Translations under genes and position numbers: made by a program
In this document: positions 60,698 to 64,000 of the stretch, one piece after another
Layout: the number at the start of each line of letters is the position of its first letter
Position numbering within the stretch: the first letter of the stretch is position 1
Source of the DNA: Pristiophorus japonicus
Taxonomy: Eukaryota
Direction: 5' to 3'
Assembly (NCBI RefSeq): GCF_044704955.1
Contig: NC_091982.1
Span: forward strand, 235,662,001-235,726,000
Length of the DNA stretch: 64,000 nucleotides
The notes under the pieces: generated by a model
Databases searched by the model: none
Told to the model about the DNA's origin: nothing
What the model saw: only the letters and a program-made list of their open reading frames with translations

Positions 60698-62596
60698 AGA
60701 AACATAGAAACATAGAAAATAGATGCAGGAGTAGGCCATTCGGCCCTTCGAGCCTGCACCGCCATTCGATGAGTTCATGGCTGAACATGCAACCTCAGTA
60801 CCCCATTCCTGCTTTCTCACCATACCCCTTGATCCCCTAGTAGTAAGGACTACATCTAACTCCTTTTTGAATATATTTAGTGAATTGGCCTCAACAACTT
60901 TCTGTGGTAGAGAATTCCACAGGTTCACCACCCTCTGGGTGAAGAAGTTTCTCCTCATCTCGGTCCTAAATGGCTTACCCCTTATCCTTAGACTGTGACC
61001 CTGGTTCTGGACTTCCCCAACATTGGGAACATTCTTCCTGCATCTAACCTGTCTAAACCCGTCAGAATTTTAAACGTTTCTATGAGGCCCCCTCTCATTC
61101 TTCTGAACTCCAGTGAATACAAACCCAGTTGATCCAGTCTTTCTTGATATGTCAGTCCCGCTATCCCGGGAATCAGTCTGGTGAACCTTCGCTGCTCTCC
61201 CTCAATAGCAAGAATGTCCTTCTTCAAGTTAGGAGACCAAAATTACACAATACTCCAGGTGTGGCCTCACCAAGGCCTTGTACAACTGTAGCAACACCTG
61301 GACTCAAATCCCCTCGCTATGAAGGCCAACATGCCATTTGCTTTATTAACCGCCTGCTGTACCTGCATACCAACCTTCAATGACTGATGTACCATGACAC
61401 CCAGGTCTCGTTGCACCTCCCCTTTTCCTAATCTGTCACCATTCAGATAATAGTCTGTCTCTCTGTTTTTACCACCAAAGTGGATAACCTCACATTTATC
61501 CACATTATACTTCATCTGCCATGCATTTGCCCACTCACCTAACCTATCCAAGTCACTCTGCAGCCTCATAGCATCCTCCTCGCAGCTCACATTGCCACCC
61601 AACTTAGTGTCATCCGCAAATTTGGGGATACTACATTTAATCACCTCGTCCAAATCATTAATGTACAATGTAAACAGCTGGGGCCCAAGCACAGAACCTT
61701 GCGGTACCCCACTAGTCACTGCCTGCCATTCTGAAAAGTACCCATTTACTCCTACTCTTTGCTTCCTGTCTGACAACCAGTTCTCAATCTACGTCAGCAC
61801 ACTGCCCCCAATCCCATGTGCTTTAACTTTGCACATTAATCTCTTGTGTGGGACCTTGTCGAAAGCCTTCTGAAAGTCCAAATATACCACATCAACTGGT
61901 TCTCCCTTGTCCACTCTACTGGAAACATCCTCAAAAAATTCCAGAAAATTTGTCAAGCATGATTTCCCTTTCACAAATCCATGCTGACTTGGACCTATCA
62001 TATCACCTCTTTCCAAATGCGCTGCTATGACATCCTTAATAATTGATACCATCATTTTACCCACTACTGATGTCAGCTGACTGGTCTATTATTGCCTGTT
62101 TTCTCTCTCCCTCCTTTTTTAAAAAGTGGGATTACATTGGTTACCCTCCACTCAAGTGCAAACCGTCCCTTTTGTACAGGTCCCACTTCCCCTAGAACTG
62201 GTTCCAATGTCCCAGGAATTTGAATCCCTCCCTCTTGCACCACTGCTCAAGCCACGTATTTATTCTAACTATCCTGCTCCCTCTACTCTGATTAGCATGT
62301 GGCACTGGTAGCAATCCAGAGATTACTACCTTTGAGGTCCTACTTTTTAATTTCACTCCTAGCTCCCTAAATTCAGCTTGTAGGACCTCTTCCCGCTTCT
62401 TACCTATATCGTTGGTACCTACATGTACCACGACAACTGGCTATTCACCCTCCCTCTCCAGAATGCTCTGCAGCCACTCCGAGACATCCTTGACCCTTGC
62501 ACCAGCGAGGCAACATACCATCCTGGAGTCTCGGTTGCGGCCGCAGAAACTCCTATCTATTCCCCTTCCAATAGAGTCCCCTATCACTATAGCTCT
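60698..62596 (-). mobile_element. CR1 of the same subfamily as 6345-10824, with a large internal deletion
   Basis: Near-identical RT and 3' end; near 62150 the RT-upstream sequence joins directly to ORF1 esterase sequence (HVGTND). Confidence 0.88.
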
Positions 62597-62624
62597 TCTA
62601 TGTTTCTATGTCTCTATGTTTCTA

Positions 62625-62879
62625 AGTGGAGGAAGTGCATCCGGGGGGGTGCTGAGCACCTTGAGTGTGATCGCCGAGAGCGTGCAGAAATCAAACGCAG
62701 GCAGCGGAAAGAGCGTGCAGCAAACCAATCCCACCCACCCATTTCCTTCAACGACTATCTGTCCCACCTGTGACAGGGACTGTGGCTCTCGTCTTGGACT
62801 GTTCAGCCATCAAAGAACTCACTTCAGGAGCGGAAGCAAGTCTTCCTCGATTCTGAGGGACTGCCTTTGATGATGATGA
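62625..62879 (+). mobile_element. RTE 3' fragment
   Basis: KWRKCIRGGAEHL..; GAGGGACTGCCTTTGATGATG tail. Confidence 0.85.
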
Positions 62880-64000
62880 GTGTGTGTGAGAGAACTCCCA
62901 ATATATTTTTGTAAAGCAATTTAGTGAAGGGAATTACATAACTGATTCTTGTAATGCTGTGTGAGTGTAGCTCTCTAAACCTTGCCATTAGTTCTTGTAT
63001 TAAACACTGGATTCATGTCTGAATAGAAGATGTAAGGATTTGATTTCAGCAGCAGTGCATTCTTCAACAAGATTCCCGTTCAAACTTTGGCCTAATGATT
63101 TTTGCCTAAAATTTCTGATGTTCAAAAACGTACTTTTGTAGGAAGAATTTTGTATTTATGTCGCGCCTGTCACTCCCTCAGCACGGCACTGGAGTATCAG
63201 CCTAGATTATGTGCTTAAGTCTCGAGGCTTGAGCCCACGACCTCTGGCACAGAAGCGACACTGCTACCCATTGAGCTAAGGTGGAAACTTTGTTGCTACA
63301 GAACTAACAAATATACTTAGCTACAGAGGGAACATTTCTTGTTGATGTGAAATGCCCGAGAGTTACGGTTCACTGAGATTTCCCCCTCAATGTTTAAGCA
63401 GTAACAAACCTCAATGCCTTGAAGGCACCTAAAAAAAAAACTAGGCTAACACTCCAATGCAGTGCTGAGGGAGCGCTGCACTGTCAGCGGTGCCGTCTTT
63501 TGGATGAGGCCCCATCTGCCCCCTCAAGTGGGCGTAAAAGATCACATGGCACTATTTCAAAGAAGAGCATGGGAGTTATCCCCGGTGTCCTGGCCAATCT
63601 TTTTCCCTCAATCAACATAGTCAATCTAAGATTGTAATGATCACTGGCATGGTTCAAATGATTGATTAAATGCATGCGTTGGAGTTCATGATAGTTTGGC
63701 TTTACTTTAACTGATTATTATACCCGAGTCAATGTTCTCAAACTTAAAAAAAAACATTTTTCCACTTGAATTGTGTAAAATCTTTCCAGAGAGGCACAGA
63801 TAGAATTCTGAAAGTGTGACCAGTCCCAAGTTGATACCAATGATCTCACACCGACCACTGTATAGGATCACACACAGACAAAAGAAAAATCGCCTACCTG
63901 AAAAAGCTTGAAAGTGTTTATTCTGAGCAGAATCCTGCAGCAATGCCACACTGGACTTGTGTGCGCGCAACAGAATGTTGTTTTTTTAAATTCTCATGAT

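Overview
Eukaryotic, repeat-rich vertebrate DNA. The repeat set (CR1, RTE, Deu-type tRNA SINEs, Gypsy LTRs, GGG-ended MITEs) looks like a cartilaginous fish (shark); that taxonomic call is an inference. Two single-coding-exon class A GPCR genes lie on the minus strand: GPR171 (12778-13776) and a P2Y14-like receptor (57711-58766). This is the order of the P2Y12-subfamily cluster that in mammals is nested antisense in a large MED12L intron; I could not recognise a MED12L exon here. Most of the rest is nested transposable elements. These include an intact two-ORF CR1 LINE, a decayed full-length Gypsy element, a gag-protease-only LTR element, several solo LTRs with 5-bp TSDs, and many RTE, CR1, L2, SINE and MITE copies. 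An intronless RPS19 retrocopy is also present. Two signals stand out. (1) A poly(A)-tailed element (20319-20553) is built from circularly permuted U2 snRNA pieces and abuts the RPS19 retrocopy. (2) A G_UUA_AAC slippery heptamer plus a downstream G-quadruplex-like tract sits exactly at the CR1 ORF1/ORF2 junction in -1 register, suggesting programmed frameshifting. Element boundaries were read by eye and are approximate unless TSDs are given. Most short ORFs in the track are antisense or TE artefacts.
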